64,000 nt of DNA from Patescibacteria group bacterium (GCA_049515915.1 JBEKTP010000004.1:12709-76708), one strand, 5' to 3'; shown: positions 35,616 through 48,009, counted from the first letter of the stretch. Numbers and translations: made by a program. Notes: a model not told the origin generated them from the sequence alone.

Positions 35616-36418
35616 GGTTTCACCCTGCTCTGAACAAAACGGTCATCCTGCCAGAGTTTCTTCCCTCTCTCATTTAAAACAGCCTCGGCAATTTCCGGGA
35701 GAGCATACTTACGAACCTCTTCGATATCAAATGGCGGGATATTATTTTTAATTCTTGATTTCATAATACATTCATGCATAAGTGAAAATTTACTAATACT
35801 AATACTCTCAGGCGAGCGGCGATAATCGACTAAAATTTGACGGGTATAGCCAAATTTTGCCCCGTTTTTTAACATTCTTAAATATAAATCATAATCTTCC
35901 GAAATTTGAAAAGCCGGATCAAATCCACCCGCTTTCTGATAAATGCTTCTCAGAAAGGCGGTACTCGGATTGGTCATGAAATTAAACATTTTAAAAAGCT
36001 TGGCGTTAAATGGCTGAAAAAGATGTTTAACTTTCTTGTTTTGCTCGGGGATATAATCCATTAATTGGCTGTAGAAAACATCGTAATTATTTTTAATCAT
36101 CTCTTCACAAGTGATTCTGGCTCGTTCGGGATGGTTAATATCATCACCATCAGCAGTCAATAAGGTATCTGTATTTGCCCGCGCAATCGCAAAATTACGG
36201 GCATTAGAAATACCGGTTAAATGGGCGGGCAACTGAAAATAATGAATTCGATGATCATTAAATTGCTTGACCACTTTTTCGATTGGTTCATCACTATGAT
36301 CATCAACAATAATTACTTCCCATTCAGGCATATCCTGATTAAGAAGCGATTGAATCATTTCTTTTAATTCGGCTGAACGATTTTTGACACCCGTGATAAA
36401 ACTTAATTTCGGCGGCAT
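35612..36418 (-). CDS. Glycosyltransferase family 2
   Basis: 268 aa; GT-A DxD (IVDDHSDE...DGDD). Confidence 0.7.
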   Translation of the reverse strand: MPPKLSFITGVKNRSAELKEMIQSLLNQDMPEWEVIIVDDHSDEPIEKVVKQFNDHRIHYFQLPAHLTGISNARNFAIARANTDTLLTADGDDINHPERARITCEEMIKNNYDVFYSQLMDYIPEQNKKVKHLFQPFNAKLFKMFNFMTNPSTAFLRSIYQKAGGFDPAFQISEDYDLYLRMLKNGAKFGYTRQILVDYRRSPESISISKFSLMHECIMKSRIKNNIPPFDIEEVRKYALPEIAEAVLNERGKKLWQDDRFVQSRVKP

Positions 36419-36756
36419 ATGTTCCTTTTCTCATTAAAAGCTAGGAGCTTATTATTATCATACCTTCCCTCAGACTAGATAAGCAAATCTATAAGATGTC
36501 GAACTATCCCTAAACCGTCTTATCTCAACGAAGATTTTATCTTCTAAATGGACAGACCGAAGAGAGTCGATCAAAGTCAAAGTGAATTTTATAATTGTAA
36601 AAAAAGCTTGAACGTCATTTAAAGTCATTTTAGCACTGACTTCCAACGAATGAGTCTTGGCGTTCGACGGATGCAAAATAATCCAGAAATTTAAAGCTTT
36701 CTCCTTTGACTTCGTCGGAAAGTTTCATCCAAAAAGCGGCACTGGAAACCATGGAA

Positions 36757-37935
36757 TTATTTGAGCAATTTTCCTTTATCACCTTTGGCAACTTCATTAA
36801 ATAACTTTAAATAGGCTTTGCCGATCATTTCAATAGAGACTTTTTCTAAAACTGTCCGATAAGCTTTATCAGCCATTTTTTCTGCAATTTCTGGATTACC
36901 TTGGAGATAATTAATTCTATCTAAGACTTCCTCAATATTATTAACAATAAATCCATTTGCGCCATCTTTTATAAATTCTCGAGCAACTCCGGTAGGAAAG
37001 ACAATCGGGACGGTTTTTGTTGCCATTGCTTCTATTATTGCCAGTCCAAATGATTCACATCTTGCCACCATCAAGGCAATGTGGGAATCTAAGTAAGCTT
37101 TTTGGATTTTTTGCTGATCTAAATTCTGATGGAATTGGACATCCTTAAAATTATCCTTTACAAGATCTCGGTATTTCTTGCTGGTTCCAGAAATAATTAA
37201 TAATATCTTCCCAGGCGATTTGCTAAAAATTTCAAAGAGACGATCTGCTCCTTTTACAATAAAGCCATTTCGATCACTGGGCAGGCGAGTCACACTAATA
37301 ACTTTTAATTGATTGGTTTTAAATTCTTTTTTTGGATTCTTAAACCAACTTTCGGGAAGGGCGTTATAAATCACCGATATCTTTTGAGATTCAGCGTTGT
37401 AATATTTTAACAAGGTCTGCTTCAATAATCCACTGACAGAGATAATACGGTTGGAGCGCATTACAAAATATTGTTCGCCAAGCGATATCACCTTCTCATG
37501 TTCTTGCTGAAAACTTTTTCCTCCAATACTGTATTTTTTCGCTATCGCTAACCATTTATTAAAATTTTGCAAATTCTCTATTTTTGACTCTGCAATTGTA
37601 TCCATAAGCCAGGCGGCATTATGATGAAATATGGTGATGAGAGGTTTTTTTATTTCTGGTAGAATCGCCCCAAACCAATTCGTTGTCAAAATGAGATCGC
37701 ATTGATTTAACTCTTCTTTTTTCTCAATAAGCTCTTGAAACATCAAAGGCGTCCCCAAAGCAGGTAAATCAATGAGGTCAATTCTTTCTTTACTCACAGG
37801 TGAAAATTCAACGACTTCGCAACCCTGTTCTCTCAAATAATCAATTATATTCTGATTGGCAATCTCCGATCCGCCCTTAGCTACCTTGCCGCTAGAATAA
37901 AGAATTTTAGGATATCTAATCCATCCAATTTTCAT
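36757..37935 (-). CDS. Glycosyltransferase family 1 (GT4-like)
   Basis: 392 aa GT-B; C-terminal E..(7)E-type region (ESFGLAIIEAMATKTVPIV). Confidence 0.7.
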   Translation of the reverse strand: MKIGWIRYPKILYSSGKVAKGGSEIANQNIIDYLREQGCEVVEFSPVSKERIDLIDLPALGTPLMFQELIEKKEELNQCDLILTTNWFGAILPEIKKPLITIFHHNAAWLMDTIAESKIENLQNFNKWLAIAKKYSIGGKSFQQEHEKVISLGEQYFVMRSNRIISVSGLLKQTLLKYYNAESQKISVIYNALPESWFKNPKKEFKTNQLKVISVTRLPSDRNGFIVKGADRLFEIFSKSPGKILLIISGTSKKYRDLVKDNFKDVQFHQNLDQQKIQKAYLDSHIALMVARCESFGLAIIEAMATKTVPIVFPTGVAREFIKDGANGFIVNNIEEVLDRINYLQGNPEIAEKMADKAYRTVLEKVSIEMIGKAYLKLFNEVAKGDKGKLLK

Positions 37936-38513
37936 ATTATTTTATTTAAATTTACTATTCGATCATGAGGATAACGACGCTCTTTCCATAAATCAATTCG
38001 CTCAGGCAAATACAAATAAAATATCAGCCGGTTTATCAATCCGTGGCCACAAATCAAAATCCGTTCATTTTCAGTTGTGACCTCCTTCAGCGCACTAATT
38101 AGATGTTTAACTCTTGTTTTTGCTTGCTCAAAATTTTCGCCGCCGGGAAAGTCCCAGTGGTTAATCTCGCCATCATAAAAAGCGGCCGCCTCCTTCGGGT
38201 AACGGGCCCGAGATTCCTGTTCATTTAAACCTTCAAAATTGCCAACATCTATTTCGTCAAGATCCTTAAAAGATTTAACCGGCGCCTTTGTTTCCGAGGC
38301 CATGATAGTGGCTGTCTCCTGAGATCGCCTTAAACTGCTCGAAACAATCAAATCAACTTTGCCATCTGCCAGAATTTTTTTGGTTAACATTTTTACAGTC
38401 TCGATACCCTCCAATGTGAGACCGTTGTTGTCATTTTGGCCGGCAAAAGTGTGCATATCTTCGCCACCAAGATTATGTTGAGCCTGCCCGTGCCTTATAA
38501 TAATCAGTTTCAT
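37932..38513 (-). CDS. Histidine phosphatase family protein (phosphoglycerate-mutase-like)
   Basis: 193 aa; N-terminal IIRHGQAQHN (RHG catalytic motif). Confidence 0.8.
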   Translation of the reverse strand: MKLIIIRHGQAQHNLGGEDMHTFAGQNDNNGLTLEGIETVKMLTKKILADGKVDLIVSSSLRRSQETATIMASETKAPVKSFKDLDEIDVGNFEGLNEQESRARYPKEAAAFYDGEINHWDFPGGENFEQAKTRVKHLISALKEVTTENERILICGHGLINRLIFYLYLPERIDLWKERRYPHDRIVNLNKII

Positions 38514-38525
38514 CTTTTCTCCAGA

Positions 38526-39851
38526 TTACTCAATAATCGCTAAAATCTCAGGTAAAATACTGATGGTTTTATCGGCGACTTCTCTTAGAATTTTATCTTT
38601 AGGACGGTAAGCGATACTAAAACCGACCTTTTGCATAATATCAATACATTGGGGACTATTGGCAATTAATAAAACTTCTGAAGGTTTAACTTTGGTCTTG
38701 GCTAAAATCCGCGGGAGAGTGTTTGATAAGGCAATATCTAAATCAACATCCACCCACTTCTCAATTGAGCGCGGTGTAATTTTTCCCGTAAATTTGCCGT
38801 TTTTTTGCTCGAGAAAAGCGCAATCGACAATATCCACGCCTAAACGCTTGGCCAAGGGCTCAACAATCGATGAAAAAATCGAACTGATGATGGCAATTTG
38901 GCATTTCCTTTTTTGGAGAGCCTTGATTACTTCTGGAGCATACTGAACTAAAGGAACATTTTGACAAAACTCTTCAACCGCCACTTTTTTTAAACCTAAA
39001 TAAAGGGCCGCCCGTTTGGTCATCCACTCCCGATAAGTAATCTTTTTTTTCTCGTACAAAGCTTGAATTTTTTCCAGCGGCAAGATGATACCGAGCTTTT
39101 CGTAAATTTGTTTAACTGAACCGGGGTTAATCAAAGTCTCGTCAAGAACAAAAATGATGAGTCTGTATTTTCTTTGAATCAAGCCCGCTTTGCGAATCAT
39201 GGTTTCCATGACTTGTTCGGCCATTTCCGCTTTTTCTTGATCGGTTTGAGCCTTATGCTCCAGCCGGCCAATATTGACTTCCACAATTCTCTGCCCCGCT
39301 TCAATGGCGTCAAGAAGAATGCCAATATCAACTCCCCAACGGTTTTCTAAATTGACACTTTCTAAAAATTGTTTTTTAGCGCAAACCTGACCGCTAATAG
39401 GTTGATTAAAATATAAATCCGGGAAAAGGATTTTCATCATGGGTTTAACGGCTATTTCAGTGACTCTTCCTCTAGCCAGATCGAAAGAGCCTCTCGAAAA
39501 ATCAACCTCACCTCTTAAAACCGGGAGGGCAATTTTTCTTATCTTTAGAGCGGTAATGTTTTTTAAATCGGCATCTAAAAGTAAAATAACTTCATTTTTC
39601 GATTTTTTAATACCCGATCTAAGCGCCAGGCCTTTCCCTTTATTACGGCTGTGTTTAAGATAGATAAAACGAGAATTTTTGAGAAATTTTTGTATCCTCT
39701 TTTCGGTGTCGTCATCGCTGCCATCATTGACGAAAATTAATTCGGAAACCTCTTTTATTTTTAAAACTTCCGAAATGACATTGGCCGCAGTTTTGCCTTC
39801 ATTAAAAGCCGGAATAACCACCGTAAAATTGTCATAAACTAAACTGGTCAT
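38526..39851 (-). CDS. Fusion protein: N-terminal GT2/GpgS-like glycosyltransferase + C-terminal HAD-superfamily phosphatase
   Basis: 441 aa; N-term VVIPAFNEGKTAANV...NDGSDDDTEKR...RNKGKGLALRSGI...LLLDADL (GT-A, glucosyl-3-phosphoglycerate-synthase-like); C-term LIIFVLDETLIN (HAD motif I DxT/D) ...IANSPQCIDIMQKVG. Confidence 0.65.
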   Translation of the reverse strand: MTSLVYDNFTVVIPAFNEGKTAANVISEVLKIKEVSELIFVNDGSDDDTEKRIQKFLKNSRFIYLKHSRNKGKGLALRSGIKKSKNEVILLLDADLKNITALKIRKIALPVLRGEVDFSRGSFDLARGRVTEIAVKPMMKILFPDLYFNQPISGQVCAKKQFLESVNLENRWGVDIGILLDAIEAGQRIVEVNIGRLEHKAQTDQEKAEMAEQVMETMIRKAGLIQRKYRLIIFVLDETLINPGSVKQIYEKLGIILPLEKIQALYEKKKITYREWMTKRAALYLGLKKVAVEEFCQNVPLVQYAPEVIKALQKRKCQIAIISSIFSSIVEPLAKRLGVDIVDCAFLEQKNGKFTGKITPRSIEKWVDVDLDIALSNTLPRILAKTKVKPSEVLLIANSPQCIDIMQKVGFSIAYRPKDKILREVADKTISILPEILAIIE

Positions 39852-39865
39852 TTTAAAATCATCCT

Positions 39866-40846
39866 TTAAGCTTTTTTTAAAAACTGGGCGGCCAGCTCAG
39901 GAGAAACCACATCAATGACGATACCGGATCCCATTTCATACCCGCCAAACTTCGAAACTCTCGGCGCAATTTCCATATGCCAGTGGTAAAATTCCGCCAC
40001 ATGATCTTTTTTGGTTGGTCCCGTATGAATCCACCAATTAAACGGTGGCGACTGGATGGCGTTATTTAGCTTGGACATTACATCATAAACAATTTTACCC
40101 AAGTTTTCAAGCATGCCAGCGTCCGCTAGCTCAAAAGAGGGCGAGTGCGATTTAGGCAAAACCCACATTTCAAAGGGGAATCTTGAAGCAAAAAAAGTAA
40201 AAGCCATAAAATCCTCATTTTCGGAAATTATCCGAATGGCTTGTTTTTTTTCTTCGTCCAAGATGGCACAAAAAACACATTTATTTTTATCTTGATGAAA
40301 CGCTTTGGCCCCAACCATTTCTTTTTCGACTAGATTAGGGACAATCGAAGAAGCAAAAAACTGGGAGTGGGGATGTTCGATCGAAGCGCCGGCTTCTGGA
40401 CCGAAATTATGAATCGGCATGGCATATTCTATTATGGGATTACTTTGGTAAAATAAACATCTTTTTTGATAGACGCCAAAGAGTTCAGTTAAAATTTCCC
40501 AGCCGCCATCATAGATCTCTTTTTGATGATCTTTAATGATAATAACCTCATGCCCGCCCAGCGACTTAGTTGAAAAATAAAGGCCGCTGCCCTCCTGGAT
40601 AACGCCGTCGTCTTTAGAAAAAGCCGGGTATTTATTGGGAATAACGTAAATATTAGCCGTTTCAGCCTCTTTGATGGAGAGATGGTAGGTGCTCTTAGGA
40701 TTCTCTAAACAAAAAGGACACTGCCCGTCCATGTGTCTCTTGGGCGCGGCGGCCATCACAAAATCTTCCGGACGTTTGGCCCGCTCCGGGGCAATCACCA
40801 CCCATTCACCCGTGACAATATTTTGTCTTAATTTAGGCATGCTCAC
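39866..40846 (-). CDS. galT: Galactose-1-phosphate uridylyltransferase (HIT family)
   Basis: 326 aa; CPFC zinc site, HPHSQ active-site motif. Confidence 0.8.
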   Translation of the reverse strand: MSMPKLRQNIVTGEWVVIAPERAKRPEDFVMAAAPKRHMDGQCPFCLENPKSTYHLSIKEAETANIYVIPNKYPAFSKDDGVIQEGSGLYFSTKSLGGHEVIIIKDHQKEIYDGGWEILTELFGVYQKRCLFYQSNPIIEYAMPIHNFGPEAGASIEHPHSQFFASSIVPNLVEKEMVGAKAFHQDKNKCVFCAILDEEKKQAIRIISENEDFMAFTFFASRFPFEMWVLPKSHSPSFELADAGMLENLGKIVYDVMSKLNNAIQSPPFNWWIHTGPTKKDHVAEFYHWHMEIAPRVSKFGGYEMGSGIVIDVVSPELAAQFLKKA

Positions 40847-40867
40847 TCCTTTGGCGTTTTTTCCTTA

Positions 40868-41383
40868 TTACTTTATTCCTTCTTCGACATATTTATGATA
40901 ATGCGCCATCGCCACCGCTAAGGCATCGGCCGCGTCGTCAAAACCTGATTTTTTACCGGCGCCGACTGATTTATTCGGCTTTAAAGCTTTTTCAACCTCT
41001 TCGAAGACTTCCTTCTTTTCGGATCGTCCGTAACCAGTGACGGCCATCTTCACCTGCATTGGCGTATATTCAAAAGTCTGTAAAGCCAACCCTTTTTTGG
41101 CACAGGCAAGCAAAATGACTCCTCGTACTTCCGATATTTTCATCGCCGTCTTAGCATTATTGAAAAAAAACAGCAATTCCAGAGAAACCTGATCAGGCTT
41201 ATAGTCCTCGATTAATTTCATTATATCATTAAAGACACGGTTCAAGCGCTCGCAGTCTCGGAGCAACTTATCGGTTTCGATACAACCATGAGTAACCCAG
41301 GTTAATCGGCCGTCTTTTTCGGAAACATCAACAACGCCATAGCCACATCGCGCCGTCCCTGGATCAATTCCTAATATCCTCAT
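40868..41383 (-). CDS. ruvC: Crossover junction endodeoxyribonuclease RuvC
   Basis: 171 aa; MRILGIDPGTARCGYGVV... Confidence 0.9.
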   Translation of the reverse strand: MRILGIDPGTARCGYGVVDVSEKDGRLTWVTHGCIETDKLLRDCERLNRVFNDIMKLIEDYKPDQVSLELLFFFNNAKTAMKISEVRGVILLACAKKGLALQTFEYTPMQVKMAVTGYGRSEKKEVFEEVEKALKPNKSVGAGKKSGFDDAADALAVAMAHYHKYVEEGIK

Positions 41384-41422
41384 TTGCTCCCTTCACCAAT
41401 AACTAATATCTATCATTATTCG

Positions 41423-42175
41423 TCATTTATTTAAATTCGTGATGAGTGTAACTGGTATATTAAAATTTGAATATACAGCCGAGATATCTTCTAAATCATC
41501 CAGCGTGTCCATAAGATCAACGATTTTTTTGGCGACGGCCTCTTCGGAAATTACGAGCATCGTTTTAGGTTCCCAAGAAAGCATGGCCTCTTTGGTTTTA
41601 ATATCCGCCGTCTCAAGAGTTTTTTTCACTTTCTCTAATTTATTTGGAACAGTATAGACGATGATCATCCCATCTTGTTCTTCAAAATCTTCGGCCCCTG
41701 AATCAATAATCGCCATTTCAATCTCATCTTTATCTTTTTCTGCCGGATTAATTAAGAGTTTGCCCATTCGATTAAATAAATATGATGCCGCCCCTGAGCC
41801 AGTCAGTTTGCCGCCGAACTTGAAGAGGGTATTTTTTACGGCTGCCGCTGTGCGATTTTTGTTGTCGGTCGCCGCTTCAATAATGATAGAAATGCCGCCT
41901 GGACCGATCGCTTCGTAGAGCATTTCTTCGATTTGGGCGCCGCCTGATCGGCCCGTACCGCGATCAATGGCTCGCTCGATATTTTCTCTTGGCATATCAG
42001 CAGCTCGAGCACGCTCAACCGCCATTTTTAATTGAAAATTAGCTTCCGGATCGCCACCGCCAGATCGTGCCGCCAAAATTATCGGCAAAGTCAACTTACT
42101 AAAAAGCTGGCCGCGTTTAACATCGGCCGCTCCCTTTTGTCTTTTAATTTGACTCCACTTGGAATGTCCAGACAT
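41423..42175 (-). CDS. yebC: YebC/PmpR-family DNA-binding regulator
   Basis: 250 aa; MSGHSKWSQIKRQKGAADVKRGQLFSKL signature. Confidence 0.9.
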   Translation of the reverse strand: MSGHSKWSQIKRQKGAADVKRGQLFSKLTLPIILAARSGGGDPEANFQLKMAVERARAADMPRENIERAIDRGTGRSGGAQIEEMLYEAIGPGGISIIIEAATDNKNRTAAAVKNTLFKFGGKLTGSGAASYLFNRMGKLLINPAEKDKDEIEMAIIDSGAEDFEEQDGMIIVYTVPNKLEKVKKTLETADIKTKEAMLSWEPKTMLVISEEAVAKKIVDLMDTLDDLEDISAVYSNFNIPVTLITNLNK

Positions 42176-42431
42176 AATTCACCTGAAATGATTGTACCAG
42201 ATATTTTTAGTTTGAAAAGGTTTTAACCACATCATTTTACCCGTCGGGAGTGATTTCCGTCCGACTATCTTGATCGGTCCGAACATATTTGAGCACTAAA
42301 CTCCCAGCCAGGGTTTCAAAGATGGACTTTGACTTACTCATACCACCATTGTAAAGGTTTCTTAACTATTGTATAATACTAAAAGGATTTTTAATCCTTT
42401 TAAATACTAAAAAATTAATTAGCCAAATAAG

Positions 42432-42920
42432 ATGAAGATAAAAAAGAAAACCGATCCAAAATTAAAAACGCCAGAAAACAAAATTAAGGAGCTTGAAACT
42501 AAAATGGTAGCTTTAGAGAAAGGCTGGCAGCGGACTCAGGCCGATTTTGAAAATTATCAAAAACGCTCCGAGGAACAAAGCGGTCTAAACTTAAATCTAA
42601 TGAAGGCCGATTTTTTAACCAAAATCACGCCAGTGTTAGATAATTTCCGCCGGGCTTTTACCCACGCACCTGATGATAATTTCGCGACCGGTATCAAACA
42701 TATCGAAAAACAACTTGAAGATATATTAGTTTCCGAGGGTTTGAAAAAAATCTCCGCCAACCCCGGCGAGAAATTTGACTGCAATCTTCACGAGGCAATT
42801 TCGTGCGAAGAAAATAAAAAGGTTGCCGCTGATCACATTATCGCCGAAACCGAATCCGGCTGGATGTTTGGCGACCGCGTCATTAAACCGACTAAAGTCA
42901 GAGTATCTAAAGGAAAATAA
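42432..42920 (+). CDS. grpE: Nucleotide exchange factor GrpE
   Basis: 162 aa; coiled-coil plus DNFRRAFTHAP..., first gene of the dnaK operon; TTGTATAATA extended -10 ~50 nt upstream. Confidence 0.85.
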   Translation: MKIKKKTDPKLKTPENKIKELETKMVALEKGWQRTQADFENYQKRSEEQSGLNLNLMKADFLTKITPVLDNFRRAFTHAPDDNFATGIKHIEKQLEDILVSEGLKKISANPGEKFDCNLHEAISCEENKKVAADHIIAETESGWMFGDRVIKPTKVRVSKGK

Positions 42921-43032
42921 TCAAAAATATCTGCCCTCTTGACAAATATTTTCAATGTAAAGTATACTTGACACTGGGCATTAAAATTAAAGTTTAATCA
43001 CTCTTCGACAAAATCGAAGTAAAGGAGAAAAT

Positions 43033-44907
43033 ATGTCAAAAATTATTGGAATTGATCTTGGTACAACCAACTCGGTTGTCGCCGTCACCGAGGGCGGTAA
43101 GCCCAAAGTTATCCCCACGGCCGAAGGCTCAAATCTTTGCCCTTCAGTGGTGGCCATTAGTAAAACGGGGGAGAAATTAGTTGGCCAACTCGCCAAGCGG
43201 CAAGCCGTCACTAACCCGGAAAATACGATTTTTTCAGTTAAGCGTTTAATCGGCCGCCGTTGGGAGGAAGACGAAATCCAAAAAGATCTCAAATTACTGC
43301 CGTACAAAATGGTCAAAGCGGGCGACGGCGTGAAAGTCATCATGGGCGGCAAAGAATACACTCCTCAAGAGATTTCCGCTTTCATTTTGCAAAAACTCAA
43401 AACCGATGCCGAAAGCTATCTGGGTGAAAAAGTGACTGAAGCCGTCGTGACCGTGCCGGCCTATTTTAACGATTCCCAGCGTCAAGCGACCAAAGACGCC
43501 GGGGAAATTGCCGGCTTAAGTGTCAAAAGAATTATCAATGAGCCGACCGCATCGGCTCTCGCCTACGGCTTAGATAAGGCCAAAGAAGGCAAAGTGGCCG
43601 TTTATGACTTTGGCGGCGGCACTTTTGATATGACCATTTTGGATATCGGTGACGGCGTTTTCGAAGTCAAAGCGACCGGCGGCGACACTCACCTGGGCGG
43701 TGATGATTTAGATCAAAAAGTGATGGACTACATCGCCGATGAATTTAAAAAATCCGAAGGGGTGGATGTCAAAAACGATCCGATGGCCCTTCAACGTGTT
43801 AAAGAGGCGGCCGAAAAAGCCAAAATTGAGTTATCAAGCCAAAACGAAACGGAAATTAATCTGCCGTTTATCACCGCTGATGCCGCCGGCCCAAAACACT
43901 TGGTCATGAAACTTTCTCGCGCCAAGTTGGAACAGCTCACCGGCGATTTAATCGAAAAAACGGTCGGGATCTCCGAAAAAGTTCTCAAAGATGCCGGGGT
44001 GGAAACTAAAGATTTAAAGGACGTCATTTTAGTTGGGGGTCAAACCCGCATGCCGTTAATCCAAAAAACGGTCCAAAAGATTTTTGGCAAAGAGCCGCAC
44101 AAAGGCGTTAATCCTGACGAAGTCGTCGCTTTAGGCGCAGCCATTCAAGGCGGCGTTTTGGGCGGCGATGTCAAAGACCTTCTTTTACTCGATGTGACGC
44201 CGCTTAACCTCGGCATAGAAACGTTGGGAGGCGTGATGACACCGTTGATTGAAAAAAACACGACCATTCCGACTTCCAAAACCCAAGTTTTCTCAACGGC
44301 CGCCGACAATCAACCTTCCGTCGAAATTCATGTTTTACAAGGCGAACGCTCGATGGCGGCTGATAACCGCACCTTGGGCCGATTCATGCTCGACGGCATT
44401 CCGCCGGCGCCGCGCGGATTACCGCAAATTGAGGTGACCTACGACATTGACGCCAACGGCATTTTAAACGTTAAAGCCGTTGATAAAGCGACGAACAAAG
44501 AACAAAAAATTACCATTACTTCGTCTTCGGGACTTTCCAAAGAAGAAATTGAAAAGATGAAGTCCGAGGCCGCAACCCACGAAGAAGAAGATAAAAAGAA
44601 AAAGGAGCTCATCGACGCCAAAAATCTCGCCGAGAATTTAACTTATACGGCCGAAAAAGCCCTCAAAGATGCCGGCGAAAAGGTTAAAGCCGAGGATAAA
44701 AAAGAAATTGAAGAAAAAATTAGTTTAGTTAAAGAAGCCACCAAGAGCGATGATCTCGAAAAAATCAAGTCCGAAACCGAGGCTTTAAGTGGAGCAATTC
44801 AAAAAATCGGCGAGGCGATGTATAAGCAGGAAAAACCAGCTGACCAGGCCGAGCCAAAAACCGAGAGCAAGCCAGAAGAAGAAAAGCCGGAAGATAAAAA
44901 AGAGTAA
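43033..44907 (+). CDS. dnaK: Chaperone DnaK (Hsp70)
   Basis: 624 aa; [27 protein letters not shown] tail. Confidence 0.97.
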   Translation: MSKIIGIDLGTTNSVVAVTEGGKPKVIPTAEGSNLCPSVVAISKTGEKLVGQLAKRQAVTNPENTIFSVKRLIGRRWEEDEIQKDLKLLPYKMVKAGDGVKVIMGGKEYTPQEISAFILQKLKTDAESYLGEKVTEAVVTVPAYFNDSQRQATKDAGEIAGLSVKRIINEPTASALAYGLDKAKEGKVAVYDFGGGTFDMTILDIGDGVFEVKATGGDTHLGGDDLDQKVMDYIADEFKKSEGVDVKNDPMALQRVKEAAEKAKIELSSQNETEINLPFITADAAGPKHLVMKLSRAKLEQLTGDLIEKTVGISEKVLKDAGVETKDLKDVILVGGQTRMPLIQKTVQKIFGKEPHKGVNPDEVVALGAAIQGGVLGGDVKDLLLLDVTPLNLGIETLGGVMTPLIEKNTTIPTSKTQVFSTAADNQPSVEIHVLQGERSMAADNRTLGRFMLDGIPPAPRGLPQIEVTYDIDANGILNVKAVDKATNKEQKITITSSSGLSKEEIEKMKSEAATHEEEDKKKKELIDAKNLAENLTYTAEKALKDAGEKVKAEDKKEIEEKISLVKEATKSDDLEKIKSETEALSGAIQKIGEAMYKQEKPADQAEPKTESKPEEEKPEDKKE

Positions 44908-44960
44908 CATCGATATAGTTTCGTATTTTCGGCGTGTTTTGTCGTTCCTCTCTTAATTTT

Positions 44961-45581
44961 ATGAATAAAGATTATTACAAAATTTTAGGCGTCAACAAAA
45001 ATGCTTCGGCTGACGAAATCAAACGTGCTTATCGAAAACTGGCTCATCAGCATCATCCTGACAAAAACTCAGGTTCTGACGAGAAGTTTAAAGAAATCAA
45101 TGAGGCCTACCAAATTTTAAGCGATACCAATAAGCGGGCACAATATGATCAATTCGGTTCAGTCGGCGGACCAGGCCAAGGGTTCGGCGGTTTTAGTGGA
45201 TTTGAAGGATTTGGCGGCCGCCAGACGTCAGGTTTTGATTTCAATGATTTTTCAGGATTCGGCTTTGGCGGAGGGATTGGCGATATTTTCGAGGATCTCT
45301 TTTCCGGGGTCTTTTCCCAAGTCCAAAGCGACGTGGAAATCAGCCTGATCTCCGCTTTGCTCGGCGATAATATTCAGCTCAAAACCAGCCAAGGCGAAGA
45401 AATTGATTTTAAAATTCCGCCCGGCACTCAAGATGGGACAACTTTTCGGCTCCGAGGCAAGGGGCGACCCACCCAAAGAGGCAGGGGCGATTTAATTTTG
45501 ACGGTGCGAATTCACTTGCCGCGGCATTTGACTCGGGAACAAAAAGAGCTCTTAGAAGAGCTTAAAAGAACTGGTTTGTGA
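44961..45581 (+). CDS. dnaJ: J-domain co-chaperone (DnaJ-like, G/F-rich, no Cys-rich zinc-finger domain)
   Basis: Likely start ATG 44961 ([11 protein letters not shown]...HPDKN); Gly/Phe-rich linker; one C-terminal beta domain. Confidence 0.8.
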   Translation: MNKDYYKILGVNKNASADEIKRAYRKLAHQHHPDKNSGSDEKFKEINEAYQILSDTNKRAQYDQFGSVGGPGQGFGGFSGFEGFGGRQTSGFDFNDFSGFGFGGGIGDIFEDLFSGVFSQVQSDVEISLISALLGDNIQLKTSQGEEIDFKIPPGTQDGTTFRLRGKGRPTQRGRGDLILTVRIHLPRHLTREQKELLEELKRTGL

Positions 45582-45655
45582 ATTTCGAGTTGACAGACGA
45601 ATTTCGCTATTAGATAATAAGAACAGGATATTAAACTAAAGGAAGGGGCCATCTT

Positions 45656-46165
45656 ATGCCAGCGCCGACTTGGAATCTGGCAATTACCGTTATTTTCCTT
45701 ATCGGAATTGTTTTTGGCTATATCTTACAACGGGAAAAAATCATTGCCACCTTACTTTCGGTTTACGTCGCTTTAGTGGTGACTCAACTTTTTGCCGGCA
45801 ATGTTTTTGATTTCTTCCAGGGTAATAAGGTTCTGTTCAATCAGGTTTGGATTCGCTCGAATGCCTCACCTTTTACCGTCAGAGTCTTGGTTTTTTTGGC
45901 GGTGATTGCACTTTTATCTGCTAAAGGCGGCATCTCCGGTACGAAGTCCAAGGGCGTGCTTTCGCCCATTGAAATTATGATCCTTTCATTTCTCGCGACT
46001 GGGCTGATCCTTTCGTCAATATTTTTCTTTATGCCGCCCGAAACCCGCGACGCGTTTATTAAAAGTTCCGCGCTGGCCTCGTTCGTCATCCGATATTACC
46101 CCTTATGGGTTGTCACCCCCATTATTGTCCTGGTGGGTCTCGGTTTTGTTCGTAAAACGGACTAG
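45656..46165 (+). CDS. Hypothetical membrane protein (169 aa)
   Basis: Hydropathy only, 4-5 TM. Confidence 0.5.
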   Translation: MPAPTWNLAITVIFLIGIVFGYILQREKIIATLLSVYVALVVTQLFAGNVFDFFQGNKVLFNQVWIRSNASPFTVRVLVFLAVIALLSAKGGISGTKSKGVLSPIEIMILSFLATGLILSSIFFFMPPETRDAFIKSSALASFVIRYYPLWVVTPIIVLVGLGFVRKTD

Positions 46166-46186
46166 GCGACAACTTAGAAATTAAAT

Positions 46187-46546
46187 TTAAGCGTCTTTGA
46201 GCGCTTTTTTGAGTACATCAACACTAAAACCAGAGCATTTAATTTTTGATTCTGGCAGTCCATCTAAATATTCGGAAACGTCTTCGCGGGTTATTTTTTC
46301 GATTTCAGAAATTGATTTTCCTTTGACCATTTCCGTCAGGGCCGATGATGAGGCAATGCAAGCGCCGCAGCCAAAAGCTTTAAATTTTATCTCGGCAATT
46401 TTCTTTCGCCCGGCATCGAACTTTATCCACAAGGAAACAACATCGCCACAGAGGGGATTGCCGCCGGAGGCCCGAGTATCGAAGTCTTTAAGTTCACCCA
46501 TATTGCGGGGTTTGCTAAAATATTGGATCGTTTTTTGGGTATACAT
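46187..46546 (-). CDS. sufU: Fe-S cluster assembly scaffold (SufU/IscU/NifU N-terminal-domain family)
   Basis: 119 aa; conserved Cys triad (NPLCGD, FGCGACIASS, KCSGFS). Confidence 0.8.
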   Translation of the reverse strand: MYTQKTIQYFSKPRNMGELKDFDTRASGGNPLCGDVVSLWIKFDAGRKKIAEIKFKAFGCGACIASSSALTEMVKGKSISEIEKITREDVSEYLDGLPESKIKCSGFSVDVLKKALKDA

Positions 46547-46547
46547 T

Positions 46548-47843
<1,296 letters not shown>

Positions 47844-47934
47844 TCAAAATTAGTATACCATATACGTAAAATACAAAAAGAGGATATATTTAGCGTTGAT
47901 ATTTTTTGAGATTTAAGGTAAGATATTCTTATGC

Positions 47935-48009
47935 GGGCCCATAGCTCAGAGGTAGAGCGTCGCCCTTTTAAGGCGAGCGTCCCGGGTTCGAATCCCGGTG
48001 GGCCCTCCA
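47935..48009 (+). tRNA. tRNA-Lys (anticodon TTT), CCA encoded
   Basis: GGGCCCA-TA-GCTCAGAGGTAGAGC-G-TCGCC-CTTTTAA-GGCGA-GCGTC-CCGGGTTCGAATCCCGG-TGGGCCC-T-CCA; spurious ORF 47795..48010 overlaps. Confidence 0.9.

Noticed and set aside
36419-36756. 340-bp gap with ORF 36470..36676(-) between the GT2 and GT4 genes
   Set aside because: No RBS, no family, no convincing RNA structure; treated as non-coding spacer. Checked mentally for riboswitch-like conservation and found none recognisable.
42226-42431. Possible CIRCE/HrcA operator upstream of grpE (tttgagcactaaa at ~42288)
   Set aside because: It matches neither half of the TTAGCACTC-N9-GAGTGCTAA consensus closely enough, and no hrcA is present. 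Only a generic extended -10 (TTGTATAATA) and a 9-bp palindrome aaaaggatt/aatcctttt were noted.
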